64,000 nucleotides of DNA from an uncultured Clostridia bacterium (GCA_964441745.1 CAYTYR010000013.1:1-64000), one strand, 5' to 3'. Counted from the stretch's first letter, positions 47,714 to 57,614 are shown. Notes: a model not told the origin generated them from the sequence alone. Made by a program: numbers and translations.

Positions 47714-49270
47714 TTATTTGGCTGTCTCCACGACCCGCATTTCCCTGATCAAAGTGACTTTGATCTGGCCTGGATATTCTAATTCCTTTTCAATTTTCTT
47801 TACTATATCCCTGGCCAACTGCGCGGCTTGCACGTCATCGATATTCTCCGCATCTACCATGACCCGGACTTCACGGCCGGCCTGGATGGCATAACATTTT
47901 TCCACGCCTTTGAATGACTCAGCCAGTGTTTCCAGCTTCTCCAAACGTTTAATATAATTCTCCAGGGTTTCCCGCCTGGCTCCGGGACGCGAAGCGCTGA
48001 CCGCGTCAGCCGCTGCGACCAATACTGCTTCTACGCTGGCTGCCTGGCTATCGCCATGGTGCGACAAAATAGCATCCAGGACCTTGGCTGATTCGCCATA
48101 CTTGCGGGCCAGATCCACACCGATTTGGGCGTGTGTCCCTTCTACTTCATGATCAACAGATTTGCCGATATCATGGAATAATCCGGCGCGCTTGGCCTGG
48201 GTCACATCCACACCCAGTTCAGCCGCCATAATACCGGCGATATAAGCTACTTCCTTGGAATGTTGCAGAACATTTTGGCCGTAGCTGGTGCGGAATTTCA
48301 ACCGCCCGAGTAATTTGATCATTTCCGGATGCGCGTTGGTAATACCCAATTCAAAGCAAGCTTCTTCTCCGGTTTCTTTAATGGTCTGGTCCATTTCCTG
48401 CTTGGCTTTATTGACTTCTTCTTCTATCCGCGCGGGATGGATCCGGCCATCAGAGATCAGTTTTTGCAAGGCGATCCGGCTAATTTCTCTTCTTACCCCG
48501 TCAAACGAAGAAAGGGTAATAGCTTCCGGTGTATCATCGATGATCAGGTCAACGCCGGTAGCTGCTTCAAAAGCGCGGATATTCCGGCCTTCGCGCCCGA
48601 TCACGCGGCCTTTCATTTCATCATTGGGCAAAGCTACGGTAGCGATAGTGGTTTCAATCGTAAATTCCGGCGCGTACCGCTGGATTGCCTGGGCTAAAAC
48701 TTCCCGGGATTTTTTAGAAGCGGTTTCTTTGGCTTCTTCCTCGATATTGCGCATTAAGATCGCCGCATCCCGTTTCGCTTCTTCCTGCATACTGTCGATC
48801 AGCAGTTTTTTGGCCGCCTCAGCGCTTAAACCCGAGATCCGCTCCAATACCTGCCTCTGTTCCTGCGCCAGATGCGCTAACTTTGTTTCTTCTTCCTGCA
48901 AAGACTTTTCTTTGACCTGTACTTGCCGTTCCCGGTTCAGGCTTTCTCTTTCCCTTTTGTCGATCAATTCAAGTTTATGGTCTAGATTTTCCTCTTTTTG
49001 GATTAAACGTCGTTCCAAGCGCTGCAGTTCCTGCCGGCGTTCGTGAGTTTCGCGTTCAAACTCCGTCCGGGCACGATACATTTCATCTTTAATCTGCAAC
49101 AGGCCTTCTTTTTTCTCGGCCTCAGCCAGTCTTTTCGCATCGGCAATGATCTTTTTGGCTTCATTTTCCGCCGTATTGACTTTGGACTTGGCATATATTA
49201 CTCTGATCAAAAACCCGACGGCTAATCCTACTAGGAGGGCGATCGCTACAAAGTTCCAAGCATTTTGCAT
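47714..49270 (-). CDS. rny: Ribonuclease Y
   Basis: N-terminal TM helix; coiled coil; KH motif [15 protein letters not shown] motif HDIGK. Confidence 0.98.
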   Translation of the reverse strand: MQNAWNFVAIALLVGLAVGFLIRVIYAKSKVNTAENEAKKIIADAKRLAEAEKKEGLLQIKDEMYRARTEFERETHERRQELQRLERRLIQKEENLDHKLELIDKRERESLNRERQVQVKEKSLQEEETKLAHLAQEQRQVLERISGLSAEAAKKLLIDSMQEEAKRDAAILMRNIEEEAKETASKKSREVLAQAIQRYAPEFTIETTIATVALPNDEMKGRVIGREGRNIRAFEAATGVDLIIDDTPEAITLSSFDGVRREISRIALQKLISDGRIHPARIEEEVNKAKQEMDQTIKETGEEACFELGITNAHPEMIKLLGRLKFRTSYGQNVLQHSKEVAYIAGIMAAELGVDVTQAKRAGLFHDIGKSVDHEVEGTHAQIGVDLARKYGESAKVLDAILSHHGDSQAASVEAVLVAAADAVSASRPGARRETLENYIKRLEKLETLAESFKGVEKCYAIQAGREVRVMVDAENIDDVQAAQLARDIVKKIEKELEYPGQIKVTLIREMRVVETAK

Positions 49271-49298
49271 ACTTTCCCCCCAAATTTACTTCAAATTT

Positions 49299-49337
49299 GC
49301 CCCCCTGTTTAGATTTGCGAAGGCAAATCTAGGGGGG
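49299..49337. repeat. Hairpin element related to the 43-nt inserts
   Basis: CCCCCCTG..TAGATTTGC-GAAG-GCAAATCTAGGGGGG. Confidence 0.65.
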
Positions 49338-49347
49338 TCTCTTGTTC

Positions 49348-49926
49348 TTAGCTAAATTCCAAGACCCTTCTTTCAGTAACAATTTTGTGCATATTTACAT
49401 CATGTACCATACAAGGCACTCCTTGGGCCAGCTGTCTCTCAAAAGCTATGCCTATTAATACTGCGGTATCCTTGATCTCTTGCAGGAACCGGTCATAATA
49501 ACCGGCTCCAAAACCTAAACGTATTCCGTTTTTCCGGTCAAAACATACTCCTGGCACAACCACCAGGTCAATTTCCGTTTTAGGTGTGATCCTCCTTTTA
49601 GAGTGTGTGGGTTCTAAAATTCCAAAACTTCCCCTAGTCAAGTCTTTGTTAAAGTTATCAATTTCATATACTGCCAAGTTACGCTTACTTTTTATTTTCG
49701 GCACCACCACCTTCTTTTTTTGCTGTATAGCTTCCTTGATCATGTTGTGCGTTGCGGCTTCCTTGCCAAATGACACATAGAACATCACGGTTTTAGCCTT
49801 TTTAAACTCCGGCAATTGAAACAACAACTTTTTTATTTTATTGCTTTTGCTCCTGACCTCTGCGCGGCTCAATATTTTCCTGGCCGCCAGTTTTTTCTGA
49901 CGCAGGCTGTTTTTTATCTTTTCCAT
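49348..49926 (-). CDS. 5-formyltetrahydrofolate cyclo-ligase
   Basis: FGILEP, DLVVVPG and RLGFGAGYYDRFL motifs. Confidence 0.95.
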   Translation of the reverse strand: MEKIKNSLRQKKLAARKILSRAEVRSKSNKIKKLLFQLPEFKKAKTVMFYVSFGKEAATHNMIKEAIQQKKKVVVPKIKSKRNLAVYEIDNFNKDLTRGSFGILEPTHSKRRITPKTEIDLVVVPGVCFDRKNGIRLGFGAGYYDRFLQEIKDTAVLIGIAFERQLAQGVPCMVHDVNMHKIVTERRVLEFS

Positions 49927-50007
49927 CTTTTAACTCATTCTTCCAAATTAGCTCAATGAATATATCAACACACAAGGTTCCCCGCAATTATTCCGTCGTC
50001 AAGCGAG

Positions 50008-50100
50008 ATGGTTCGACAGGCTCACCATTGTACTATTTATTAAGTCCTGAGCTTGTCGAAGGACGAGATTTCGCGGATTACTAAACTAATTACGCGGATT
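50008..50100. repeat. Inverted REP-like dimer followed by a family C arm
   Basis: TTCGACAGGCTCA...TGAGCTTGTCGAA, then GATTTCGCGGATT...AATTACGCGGATT. Confidence 0.65.
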
Positions 50101-50108
50101 GCAAATCT

Positions 50109-51413
50109 CTAATCTTTTTTTAGCCGCTCTTTGATCTTTTTCTCAAACCCGATATCTTTTGGCTGGTAATACTTTTTCTTTTTAGGCAGGTATTCCTGCG
50201 CCACATATCCACCGGGAAAATCATGAGGATACTTGTATCCTTGTCCATGCCCTAACTGCTCCCGGTCCATATTCGCATCCTTAAGATGACCCGGGACCTC
50301 CAATAATTCACCATTTTCAATATCCCCCAAAGCCTGTTCAATTCCCAGGTAACTGGCATTGCTTTTTGGCGCGCAGGCCACATATACGGCTGCTTGCGCC
50401 AATGGGATCCGGCCTTCCGGCATGCCGATCAGCTCCACGATCTGAAAAGCTGAATTCGCTATGACCAGAGCCAAGGGGTCGGCATTGCCTACATCTTCAG
50501 CGGCGCAAATCGCTATCCGCCGGGCAATGAACCGCGGATCTTCACCGCCATACACCATTTTGGCTAACCAATAGAGAGCAGCGTCAGGGTCACTGCCCCG
50601 CATACTCTTGATAAAAGCGGATATCGTGTCATAATGCTGGTCATCTTTTTTGTCATACACAATAGCTTTCTTCTGGATCGATTCCTCGGCTATAGCCAGG
50701 TCAATACTGATCGCGCCTTTTTTACTAGGCTTGGTAGATAAGACTGCCAATTCCAGGGCATTAAGCATTTTCCGCGCATCACCATTGGCAATTTTTATTA
50801 AGTGGCTGACTGCCTCTGGTTCTATCTTAATGTCTAATCTGCCAAAACCACGTTCCTCATCCTGCAAGGCTTTTCCCAGGATAAAAGTCAGATCCTCCTC
50901 TTGTAAGCCTTTGAATTCAAAAACCTGGGAACGTGAAACCAGTGCGGCATTAACATAAAAAAAAGGGTTTTCAGTGGTAATGCCGATCAGGACCAGGTTC
51001 CCTTTTTCCACATCCGGCAAGAGGGCGTCCTGCTGGCTGCGGTTAAAATGGTGTATTTCGTCAACCAGTAAGATAGTCTTCTGCGCGGAAATTGCCCAAC
51101 GTTGTTCTGCCTGCTTGGAAATTTTGCGTAATTCGTCTACCCCGCTGGTTACCGCGTTGATTTCCTGGAAAACACCGCCAGTCTGATGCGCGATCACTTT
51201 GGCCAGGGCGCTTTTGCCGCAGCCAGGAGGGCCAAAAAGGATAATGGAACCTGTTTTATCCAGCTCGATCACCCGCCTGAGCAGTTTTCCCTTACCGAGT
51301 ATCTTTTCCTGCCCGACAAATTCTTCCAAAGTACGTGGAGCCATCCGGGCGGCGAGTGGCATCCTGTTCAGATCAATTTTCTTATCCTTTGCAAATAAAT
51401 CATCCATATTCAT
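50109..51413 (-). CDS. rarA: Replication-associated recombination protein A (RarA/MgsA)
   Basis: PLAARMAP, GPPGCGKS, DEIHHF and HYDTISAFIKSMRGSDPDA motifs. Confidence 0.96.
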   Translation of the reverse strand: MNMDDLFAKDKKIDLNRMPLAARMAPRTLEEFVGQEKILGKGKLLRRVIELDKTGSIILFGPPGCGKSALAKVIAHQTGGVFQEINAVTSGVDELRKISKQAEQRWAISAQKTILLVDEIHHFNRSQQDALLPDVEKGNLVLIGITTENPFFYVNAALVSRSQVFEFKGLQEEDLTFILGKALQDEERGFGRLDIKIEPEAVSHLIKIANGDARKMLNALELAVLSTKPSKKGAISIDLAIAEESIQKKAIVYDKKDDQHYDTISAFIKSMRGSDPDAALYWLAKMVYGGEDPRFIARRIAICAAEDVGNADPLALVIANSAFQIVELIGMPEGRIPLAQAAVYVACAPKSNASYLGIEQALGDIENGELLEVPGHLKDANMDREQLGHGQGYKYPHDFPGGYVAQEYLPKKKKYYQPKDIGFEKKIKERLKKD

Positions 51414-51437
51414 TAGCCCTAAATTATTAATAAAAAA

Positions 51438-51586
51438 CCCCACCTCTGCCGTGTGTCCCTGCATTTTAGCCCAGCAATTCTAAGTGGGTTTCCTGTTTGA
51501 AGCACCAAGGTGCAGCAAAACGCAGAACCCCTTATACTAGGTATCGGGTTAAAAAACGCCCAGGACATCACCAACAAGGTAGGGAA
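51438..51586 (-). ncRNA. ssrS: 6S RNA (SsrS)
   Basis: Directly downstream of zapA; termini pair (CCCUACCU-UGUUGGUG-AUGUCCU with GGGACA-CACGGCA-GAGGUGGGG); central bubble; followed by a U tract. Confidence 0.75.
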
Positions 51587-51631
51587 TTATTTTCAATTTT
51601 ATTTTATCTAAAACGGTAATGCTTAAAAGTT

Positions 51632-51922
51632 TCATTTAATACCTTCTTCCAACATGCCAACTAACTCTTCAGTCTTGTTTTTTACCGTGTCTTCAATTTC
51701 TTTATTTTTCTGGCGCAATTCAAATATTTCATTCGCCAAGTCAATAGCCGCGTAAAAAGACACTTTCAAGGAGCTGACAAAAGGAGTGTTTTGGGATATT
51801 TTCTTGATGCGCCCATCTACATATTCTGCCAATTCTTGCACATATTCCGGACTTTTATCGGTACGGATGGATAGTTCCACGTTTTGGATGGTTACCGTTA
51901 CTTCGCTTTTTGGCTCCGCCAT
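51632..51922 (-). CDS. zapA: Cell division protein ZapA
   Basis: VTVTI..EYVQELAEYVDGRI...AAIDLANE; pheT-zapB-zapA-6S synteny. Confidence 0.9.
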   Translation of the reverse strand: MAEPKSEVTVTIQNVELSIRTDKSPEYVQELAEYVDGRIKKISQNTPFVSSLKVSFYAAIDLANEIFELRQKNKEIEDTVKNKTEELVGMLEEGIK

Positions 51923-51924
51923 GG

Positions 51925-52170
51925 TTATTCCTCATCATCCTTTTCAAACTTTAGCGCATTTAGCTTGTACAGTATCTTTTCTATCTTCAATTTTAGAACT
52001 TCTTGCTTCTTTTGTAAAGCAAAATTTTCCTTTTTTAGGTCCTCCAGCATGGCCCCGCTTTCCTGCATCGCTTTTAACCTGGCCCGTAAGCTGTCATTTT
52101 CCCGACGCAGATCACTGATCAGTTCGAGAGCCTTGCTGACCTCTTTTTCCAGGGTAGTGAAACTCTTCAT
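51925..52170 (-). CDS. ZapB-like coiled-coil protein
   Basis: Continuous coiled coil upstream of zapA; the longer N-terminus in the track is repeat sequence. Confidence 0.7.
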   Translation of the reverse strand: MKSFTTLEKEVSKALELISDLRRENDSLRARLKAMQESGAMLEDLKKENFALQKKQEVLKLKIEKILYKLNALKFEKDDEE

Positions 52171-52179
52171 AGTTAAAAC

Positions 52180-52261
52180 AATTACGCGGATTTCCGTAAG
52201 TCGATTACGCGGATAAAACAAGCTCTAATCTGCGTAATCTGTATCTCTAATTCGCGTAATC
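52180..52261. repeat. Complete family C palindrome (two 13-nt units per arm)
   Basis: AATTACGCGGATT...GATTACGCGGATA-spacer-AATCTGCGTAATC...AATTCGCGTAATC. Confidence 0.8.
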
Positions 52262-52267
52262 CCTCCC

Positions 52268-54637
52268 TTATCTGGCTTTAGCGCCAAGCTCTACGGTAAC
52301 TTTTTGGATTAGTGCCTGGTGCAGTTTGTTCACTTCTTCATCCTGCAAAGTACGGTCATCTGCCTGGTATAACATGGTATAGGCATAACTCTTGTGCCCG
52401 GCTTCTACTTTCTCTCCCTGATAAACATCAAACAGGCTGATCTCTTTGACCAGCGGATTAGCCATTTCCCAAAGCGTTTTCATTACCGCCTCGTGAGACA
52501 CTTCCTGGGTTAATAACAAGGCCAGGTCACGCCTGATACCAGGAAGCTTGGGAATAGGCTGGTATTGCCGGCGCTCGGCTGATAACATCAACGCTTTAGT
52601 AAGATCGAGCTCGCCTAGATACACCTCTTGTTCTAAACCGTATTTATTCCTGACTTTTGCCGCTAAACGTCCGAATACACCCAGTTTTTCCCCGCCACTG
52701 CTTATCTCCAGGCACAAAGCAGGATTATACAACGGATCCTGACTGCTTTTAAATTCAACATTGATGATCCCGCATGCTTTCAGTAATCCCGAGAGCACTC
52801 CTTTGAGCAAGAAAATATCTGCCTTCTTTATTCCGCATACTAACAGCCCCAGCATATTTACTTCGTGGGCATAGGTCTCTTTTCCTTTACCCAGAAAAAC
52901 GCGGCCTTGCTCAAAGATCTTGACCTGGTTATTTCCATGATTTATGTTCCAAACGACATTATTCAACAGGCCGCATACCAAGGTGGTACGCATGATCGTC
53001 GCATCTTCCGTCAGGGGATTAGTAATCCTGATAAACTGGTCCCCCGCTGTCGACCGGCCGATATTGGCATAATCTTTTTCGCCAATAAAACTATAGCTGA
53101 CTATTTCAGCAAAACCTGATTGCTGCAAATAGGCGGCTGTCTTTTGGCTATAATCCCATTCTTTATTATTGCTGCTTCTAATGGTTTGTCCCTTAGGTAA
53201 AGCAGCCGGTATCTCTTCATACCCGTTGATCCGGGCGATCTCTTCGATCACGTCAATTTCCCTGGTAATATCATTGCGCCAGGTTGGCACAACCACATGC
53301 AAACTTTCAGTTCCGGTATTTTCCGTAAACATGAATCCCAGGTTTTTTAATATTTTCTTCGTATGGGCAAAAGAGATCTGTACCCCTAATATTTTATTAA
53401 CGCGCTCCTGGCGCACCGTGATCTTGGGCTGTTTAATTTTCTGGGGATATGCATCCACAATACCTTTGGCTGCCTGCCCGCCGGCCAGGTCCTGTATTAA
53501 CTGGGCAATACGATTAAGAGCCGGTTCTATGTTTTCCACATCAACACCACGTTCAAACCGGTAACTGGCATCAGTATTAAGTCCGATGGTTTTAGCTGTT
53601 TTCCTGATGCTGACCGGATTGAAATAGGCGCTTTCCAGCACCACCGCGGTTGTTTTTTCTTTCACGCTGGAAAATTCACCGCCCATGATCCCGGCCAAAG
53701 CCACTGGCTTACTGGCATCAGCGATCACCAGCATTTTGCTGTTCAATTTTCTGGTCACCCCGTCTAAGGTGACCAGCTCTTCTGCTTCTTTCGCCCGGCG
53801 CACTACGATCTTTTCATCTTCCAGCAAGGCGGCGTCAAAAGCATGCAAAGGATGCCCCAGCTCTAACAGCACATAGTTCGTGATATCGACGACATTATTA
53901 ATCGGCCGCAAGCCGCAGTTACGCAGGCGGTTCTGCATCCAGAGAGGGCTCGCTTTAACCATCACATTCATCAAGTAGCGGGCAGTATAGCGCGGACACA
54001 GATCCGGGTCCTTGATCTCCACCGTGACAAATCTTTCCACTTTATCTATCGGTTCTTTGACCTTGGCTTGGGGTAATTTCACTTTCTGGTTGAGTACTGC
54101 CGCCAATTCTCTCGCCAAACCAAGGACACTCAAGGCATCACCGCGGTTGGGAGTTGGTTCAACTTCCAGAATATAATCGTCAAGCTCCAGAATAGTATTA
54201 ATATCTTCTCCCAGCGGTGTTTCCGGTGGCAGGATCATAATTCCGCCATGACTATCGGAAAGCTCCAATTCACGCTCGGAGCACATCATGCCAAATGATT
54301 TCTGGCCGCGGATCTCGGCAGCGGTTATTTCTTTTCCTCCCGGCAATACAGCGCCAACCTGGGCTAAAGCTACTTTATCCCCGGCCTTAAAATTCTTGGC
54401 GCCGCAAACAATATCTAATGTTTCTTTACCGTTAAAAACCCGGCAAAAAACCAGTTTATCGGCATTAGGATGCGGGTTCACTTCTTTCACTTCCGCCGTG
54501 ACTACTTTCCTGATCCCTTTGTCCAAGCTATTGACAGCCGTTACCTCGATCCCGGCCATCGTCACTTTTTCCGCTATCTCTTTTGGCGAGAGGCTTACCT
54601 CAATGAATTCTTTTAACCACTTGTACGATACTTTCAC
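52268..54637 (-). CDS. pheT: Phenylalanine--tRNA ligase beta subunit
   Basis: HPNADKL, TPNRGD.LS, SYRFERGVD and RRDLAL motifs. Confidence 0.97.
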   Translation of the reverse strand: MKVSYKWLKEFIEVSLSPKEIAEKVTMAGIEVTAVNSLDKGIRKVVTAEVKEVNPHPNADKLVFCRVFNGKETLDIVCGAKNFKAGDKVALAQVGAVLPGGKEITAAEIRGQKSFGMMCSERELELSDSHGGIMILPPETPLGEDINTILELDDYILEVEPTPNRGDALSVLGLARELAAVLNQKVKLPQAKVKEPIDKVERFVTVEIKDPDLCPRYTARYLMNVMVKASPLWMQNRLRNCGLRPINNVVDITNYVLLELGHPLHAFDAALLEDEKIVVRRAKEAEELVTLDGVTRKLNSKMLVIADASKPVALAGIMGGEFSSVKEKTTAVVLESAYFNPVSIRKTAKTIGLNTDASYRFERGVDVENIEPALNRIAQLIQDLAGGQAAKGIVDAYPQKIKQPKITVRQERVNKILGVQISFAHTKKILKNLGFMFTENTGTESLHVVVPTWRNDITREIDVIEEIARINGYEEIPAALPKGQTIRSSNNKEWDYSQKTAAYLQQSGFAEIVSYSFIGEKDYANIGRSTAGDQFIRITNPLTEDATIMRTTLVCGLLNNVVWNINHGNNQVKIFEQGRVFLGKGKETYAHEVNMLGLLVCGIKKADIFLLKGVLSGLLKACGIINVEFKSSQDPLYNPALCLEISSGGEKLGVFGRLAAKVRNKYGLEQEVYLGELDLTKALMLSAERRQYQPIPKLPGIRRDLALLLTQEVSHEAVMKTLWEMANPLVKEISLFDVYQGEKVEAGHKSYAYTMLYQADDRTLQDEEVNKLHQALIQKVTVELGAKAR

Positions 54638-54656
54638 GATAAACTCCTGTTTAAGT

Positions 54657-54768
54657 ACAATTCTAAATTCTAAATGCTATCACTTCGTTTATGCTAAATT
54701 AATGTAAAGATCTTATCTCTATTTAGAATAAGTTCCGCAGGAACGATGTAATTTGTAATTTAGAATTG
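54657..54768. repeat. AAATTCT heptamer palindrome (family B), overlapping the pheS stop
   Basis: CAATTCTAAATTCTAAATGCT ... ATTTAGAAT ... ATTTGTAATTTAGAATTG. Confidence 0.55.
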
Positions 54769-55788
54769 CTTTAGAAATCTAAGATCGTTCTCATAGAACA
54801 ACCCGATATTATCAATGCCGTGTTTCAGCATGGCGATCCGTTCCACGCCCATGCCGAAAGCGAATCCAGAATATTTTTCCGGGTCATATTTCACAAATTT
54901 AAACACAGCCGGATCGATCATGCCTGCGCCCAGGATCTCGATCCAACCGCTGTTCTTGCAGATCCGGCACCCGGCGCCTTTACAGGCAAAACAGCTCATA
55001 TCCATTTCCGCGCTGGGTTCGGTAAAAGGGAAAAAACTCGGACGGAACCTGGTAGACTGTTGTTCCCCGAACATTTCTTTGATAAACAGGGTCAGGACAC
55101 CTTTCAGGTCGGCAAACGTTACGCCTTCATCGACCAGGAATCCTTCTACCTGGTGGAACATGGGAGAATGGGAAACATCAGCGTCATGCCGGAAAACCTT
55201 GCCTGGCACGACTATTTTTACCGGCGGCTTCTGTTGCTCCATCACCCTGACCTGTACTGGTGAGGTCTGGGTGCGCAGCAGCGCTTTATCTTCGATGAAA
55301 AAAGTATCCTGCATATCCCGGGCCGGATGTTCCGGCGGGAAGTTCAGGGCTTCAAAATTGTAATAGTCTGTTTCGATCTCCGGGCCTTGCGCCACGGCAA
55401 AATTTAGCCGCTGAAATATTCCGCAGATCTCGGTCATGACCTGGGTGATAGGATGGATACTGCCTGTGTCGAGACGAGACCCAGGCAAAGTTAAGTCCAC
55501 TGTCAGCCTGCTTTGTGAGGCTAATTCCGCTTTTTCCTTGAGCTCTGATTGTTTGCTGCTAATTTTTTCTTCCAGGCGGGTTTTTATTTCGTTGGATAAT
55601 TTGCCGATCAAAGGACGGACGGCAGCGTCAATGTCACCCAAACCGCGCAGGATAGAGGTCAATTCCCCTTTTTTGCCTAAATATTTTACTCTTAAATCCT
55701 CTATTCCTTCTGGCGCCGCTTGTTCAAGCTCTTGTCCAGCTTGCTTTTCCAGCTCTTCCAATTTGCCTTTCAGCTCTTCCAATCCCAT
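54760..55788 (-). CDS. pheS: Phenylalanine--tRNA ligase alpha subunit
   Basis: HPARDMQDTF, FRPSFFPFTEPS and GFAFGMGVERI motifs. Confidence 0.98.
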   Translation of the reverse strand: MGLEELKGKLEELEKQAGQELEQAAPEGIEDLRVKYLGKKGELTSILRGLGDIDAAVRPLIGKLSNEIKTRLEEKISSKQSELKEKAELASQSRLTVDLTLPGSRLDTGSIHPITQVMTEICGIFQRLNFAVAQGPEIETDYYNFEALNFPPEHPARDMQDTFFIEDKALLRTQTSPVQVRVMEQQKPPVKIVVPGKVFRHDADVSHSPMFHQVEGFLVDEGVTFADLKGVLTLFIKEMFGEQQSTRFRPSFFPFTEPSAEMDMSCFACKGAGCRICKNSGWIEILGAGMIDPAVFKFVKYDPEKYSGFAFGMGVERIAMLKHGIDNIGLFYENDLRFLKQF

Positions 55789-55808
55789 TATATCCTCTTT
55801 TGTATTTT

Positions 55809-55846
55809 CTATACGCTATACGCTATACGCCATCCGCTATACGCTG
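55809..55846. repeat. Family A single arm encoding the last codons and stop of the methyltransferase
   Basis: CTA TACGCTA TACGCTA TACGCCA TCCGCTA TACGCTG. Confidence 0.85.
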
Positions 55847-56623
55847 TATTTTTGCTTTTTCCACAACCTGGTACATAATGATCCCGGCCGCTACCGCTAC
55901 ATTCAATGAATCTACACCCTTACGCTGGGGGATCCTGATCGCTTCATCAATTTTTTCTGCTATCTCTTTGGACATTCCGGCCCCTTCATTACCAAAGATC
56001 AGGGCTAAAGGCAATGACCATGAAACTTCATAATAGTTCTTGGAACCGCGCACATCGCAAGCCAAAGTCCTGATCTTCCTGGAGCGCAGTTTATCGATTA
56101 AATTCAATAGATTATCTACCTTCACTACCGGCAGCCGCAATAATGAACCCATGGTGGCCCGCACTACTTTGGGATTATACTGGTCAACGGTTTCCTTGCC
56201 CAAAATAATTCCGGTGACGCCGGCGGCTTCTGCTGTCCTGATAATCGACCCCAGGTTACCCGGGTCTTGTATCCCGTCTAATATTACTAAGAACGGTTTA
56301 GGAGCCTCTAGCAACTCTGCCAGCCGGTGTTCTGTTATGTTGACCACCGCCAGAATCCCGGCCGGGGTTTCACAATCTGATACCGCCGCTAATTCTGGCG
56401 GCAAGATTTTAGTCATCTCTATCTTATGTTTCTCCAGATTTTGCATTAACAGCTGGCCGCGGCGATTAGCTTGAAGTTCTTCGGTGTAAACTACTTTAAA
56501 ACGCTGGGCTGGGGATTTAAGCAGTTCCTCAACCGCCCGTACGCCTTCCATGATAAAAGCGTTATTTTCAGCGCGTCCTTTTTTCTGGTGTAATGATTTT
56601 ATGTAAGACAGGATACTCTTCAT
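55823..56623 (-). CDS. TrmH/SpoU family RNA methyltransferase
   Basis: DPGNLGSIIRTA, GNEGAG and SLNVAVA motifs. Confidence 0.95.
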   Translation of the reverse strand: MKSILSYIKSLHQKKGRAENNAFIMEGVRAVEELLKSPAQRFKVVYTEELQANRRGQLLMQNLEKHKIEMTKILPPELAAVSDCETPAGILAVVNITEHRLAELLEAPKPFLVILDGIQDPGNLGSIIRTAEAAGVTGIILGKETVDQYNPKVVRATMGSLLRLPVVKVDNLLNLIDKLRSRKIRTLACDVRGSKNYYEVSWSLPLALIFGNEGAGMSKEIAEKIDEAIRIPQRKGVDSLNVAVAAGIIMYQVVEKAKIQRIADGV

Positions 56624-56625
56624 TA

Positions 56626-56919
56626 CTATTCGCCAACCATTTTATCCAAATGCTCTTTGGCCAAGGTGTAATTCGCGTTCAATTCCAGGCATTTCAGGTA
56701 CATTTCCTTAGCCTTACCTGGCTCATTCTTAGCTTCATAGATAATACCCAGGTTATAATAAACATCAGCATTCTTGGGATTGTATGTTTGCGCTTTGACA
56801 AATTCACTGATCGCGGCATCGTATTTACCGCTCAGAAAATAAAATTTCCCCAGGTCGATTACGCTTTCTTCGTCTTCTTTAGTCAAACAAGCCCGGGGGA
56901 CTTTCTTCTTATCAACCAT
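56626..56919 (-). CDS. Small TPR protein
   Basis: Two TPR motifs (LGKFYF..G.YDAA; YYNLGIIY..A..MY). Confidence 0.8.
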   Translation of the reverse strand: MVDKKKVPRACLTKEDEESVIDLGKFYFLSGKYDAAISEFVKAQTYNPKNADVYYNLGIIYEAKNEPGKAKEMYLKCLELNANYTLAKEHLDKMVGE

Positions 56920-56924
56920 AAAAA

Positions 56925-57614
56925 TTATTCCACTCCTCTGAATTTATTAATATCCTTGTCCGCTCCGACCACCACGAGAATATCACCGCTCTCGATCTCA
57001 TCTTCCGGGAAAGGAGTAATATTCACGTCTTCTTTAAACTGGGTCTCTCCGGAATCAGTCACTTCCGGCGTTTTGCGCTTGATGGCAATGATCGTGACCT
57101 TATATGTTTTCCGGATGTCCAGTAATTTCAAGGTTTTGCCGGCAAAAGATTTTGGGGAGACTATTTCCACAATACTATAATCAGGAGAAAGCTCGATATA
57201 TTCATAAATATTTGGCGAGATCAGGCTCTCTGCTACTTTAGCGCCGATATCCCTTTCCGGGAAAATCACCCGGTCCACACCGATTTTGCGCAGAACTTTG
57301 CCATGCAAGCTATTGAGCGCTTTGGTGACGATCATTTTCACGCCCATTTCCCGCAACAACAGGCTGATCATAATACTGGCTTCCATGCTATCGCCAACAC
57401 TGACAATAGCTACATCAATATTTTTAATGTCCAGTGATTTCAGGACTTTCTCGTCACTGGCATCGGCTTTGACCGCATAAGTCACTTTTTCACTGACATC
57501 CTGAATACGTTCTTCATCTTTGTCAATAACCAAGACTTGCCCGCCTTTTTCCGCCAGGGTCAACGCTACACTACGGCCAAAATTTCCCAATCCGATCACG
57601 GCAAATTGTTTCAT
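56925..57614 (-). CDS. ktrA: Ktr/Trk potassium uptake RCK subunit
   Basis: VIGLGNFG and FPERDIG motifs; TrkA-C domain. Confidence 0.9.
   Translation of the reverse strand: MKQFAVIGLGNFGRSVALTLAEKGGQVLVIDKDEERIQDVSEKVTYAVKADASDEKVLKSLDIKNIDVAIVSVGDSMEASIMISLLLREMGVKMIVTKALNSLHGKVLRKIGVDRVIFPERDIGAKVAESLISPNIYEYIELSPDYSIVEIVSPKSFAGKTLKLLDIRKTYKVTIIAIKRKTPEVTDSGETQFKEDVNITPFPEDEIESGDILVVVGADKDINKFRGVE

Noticed and set aside
51414-51464. Extended N-termini in the ORF track (rarA; also the zapB-like gene, rpsT, xseB, cspA and the 15994 enzyme)
   Set aside because: The extensions run through the 6S RNA, repeats or leader sequence, and downstream starts fit better, most with clear ribosome-binding sites.
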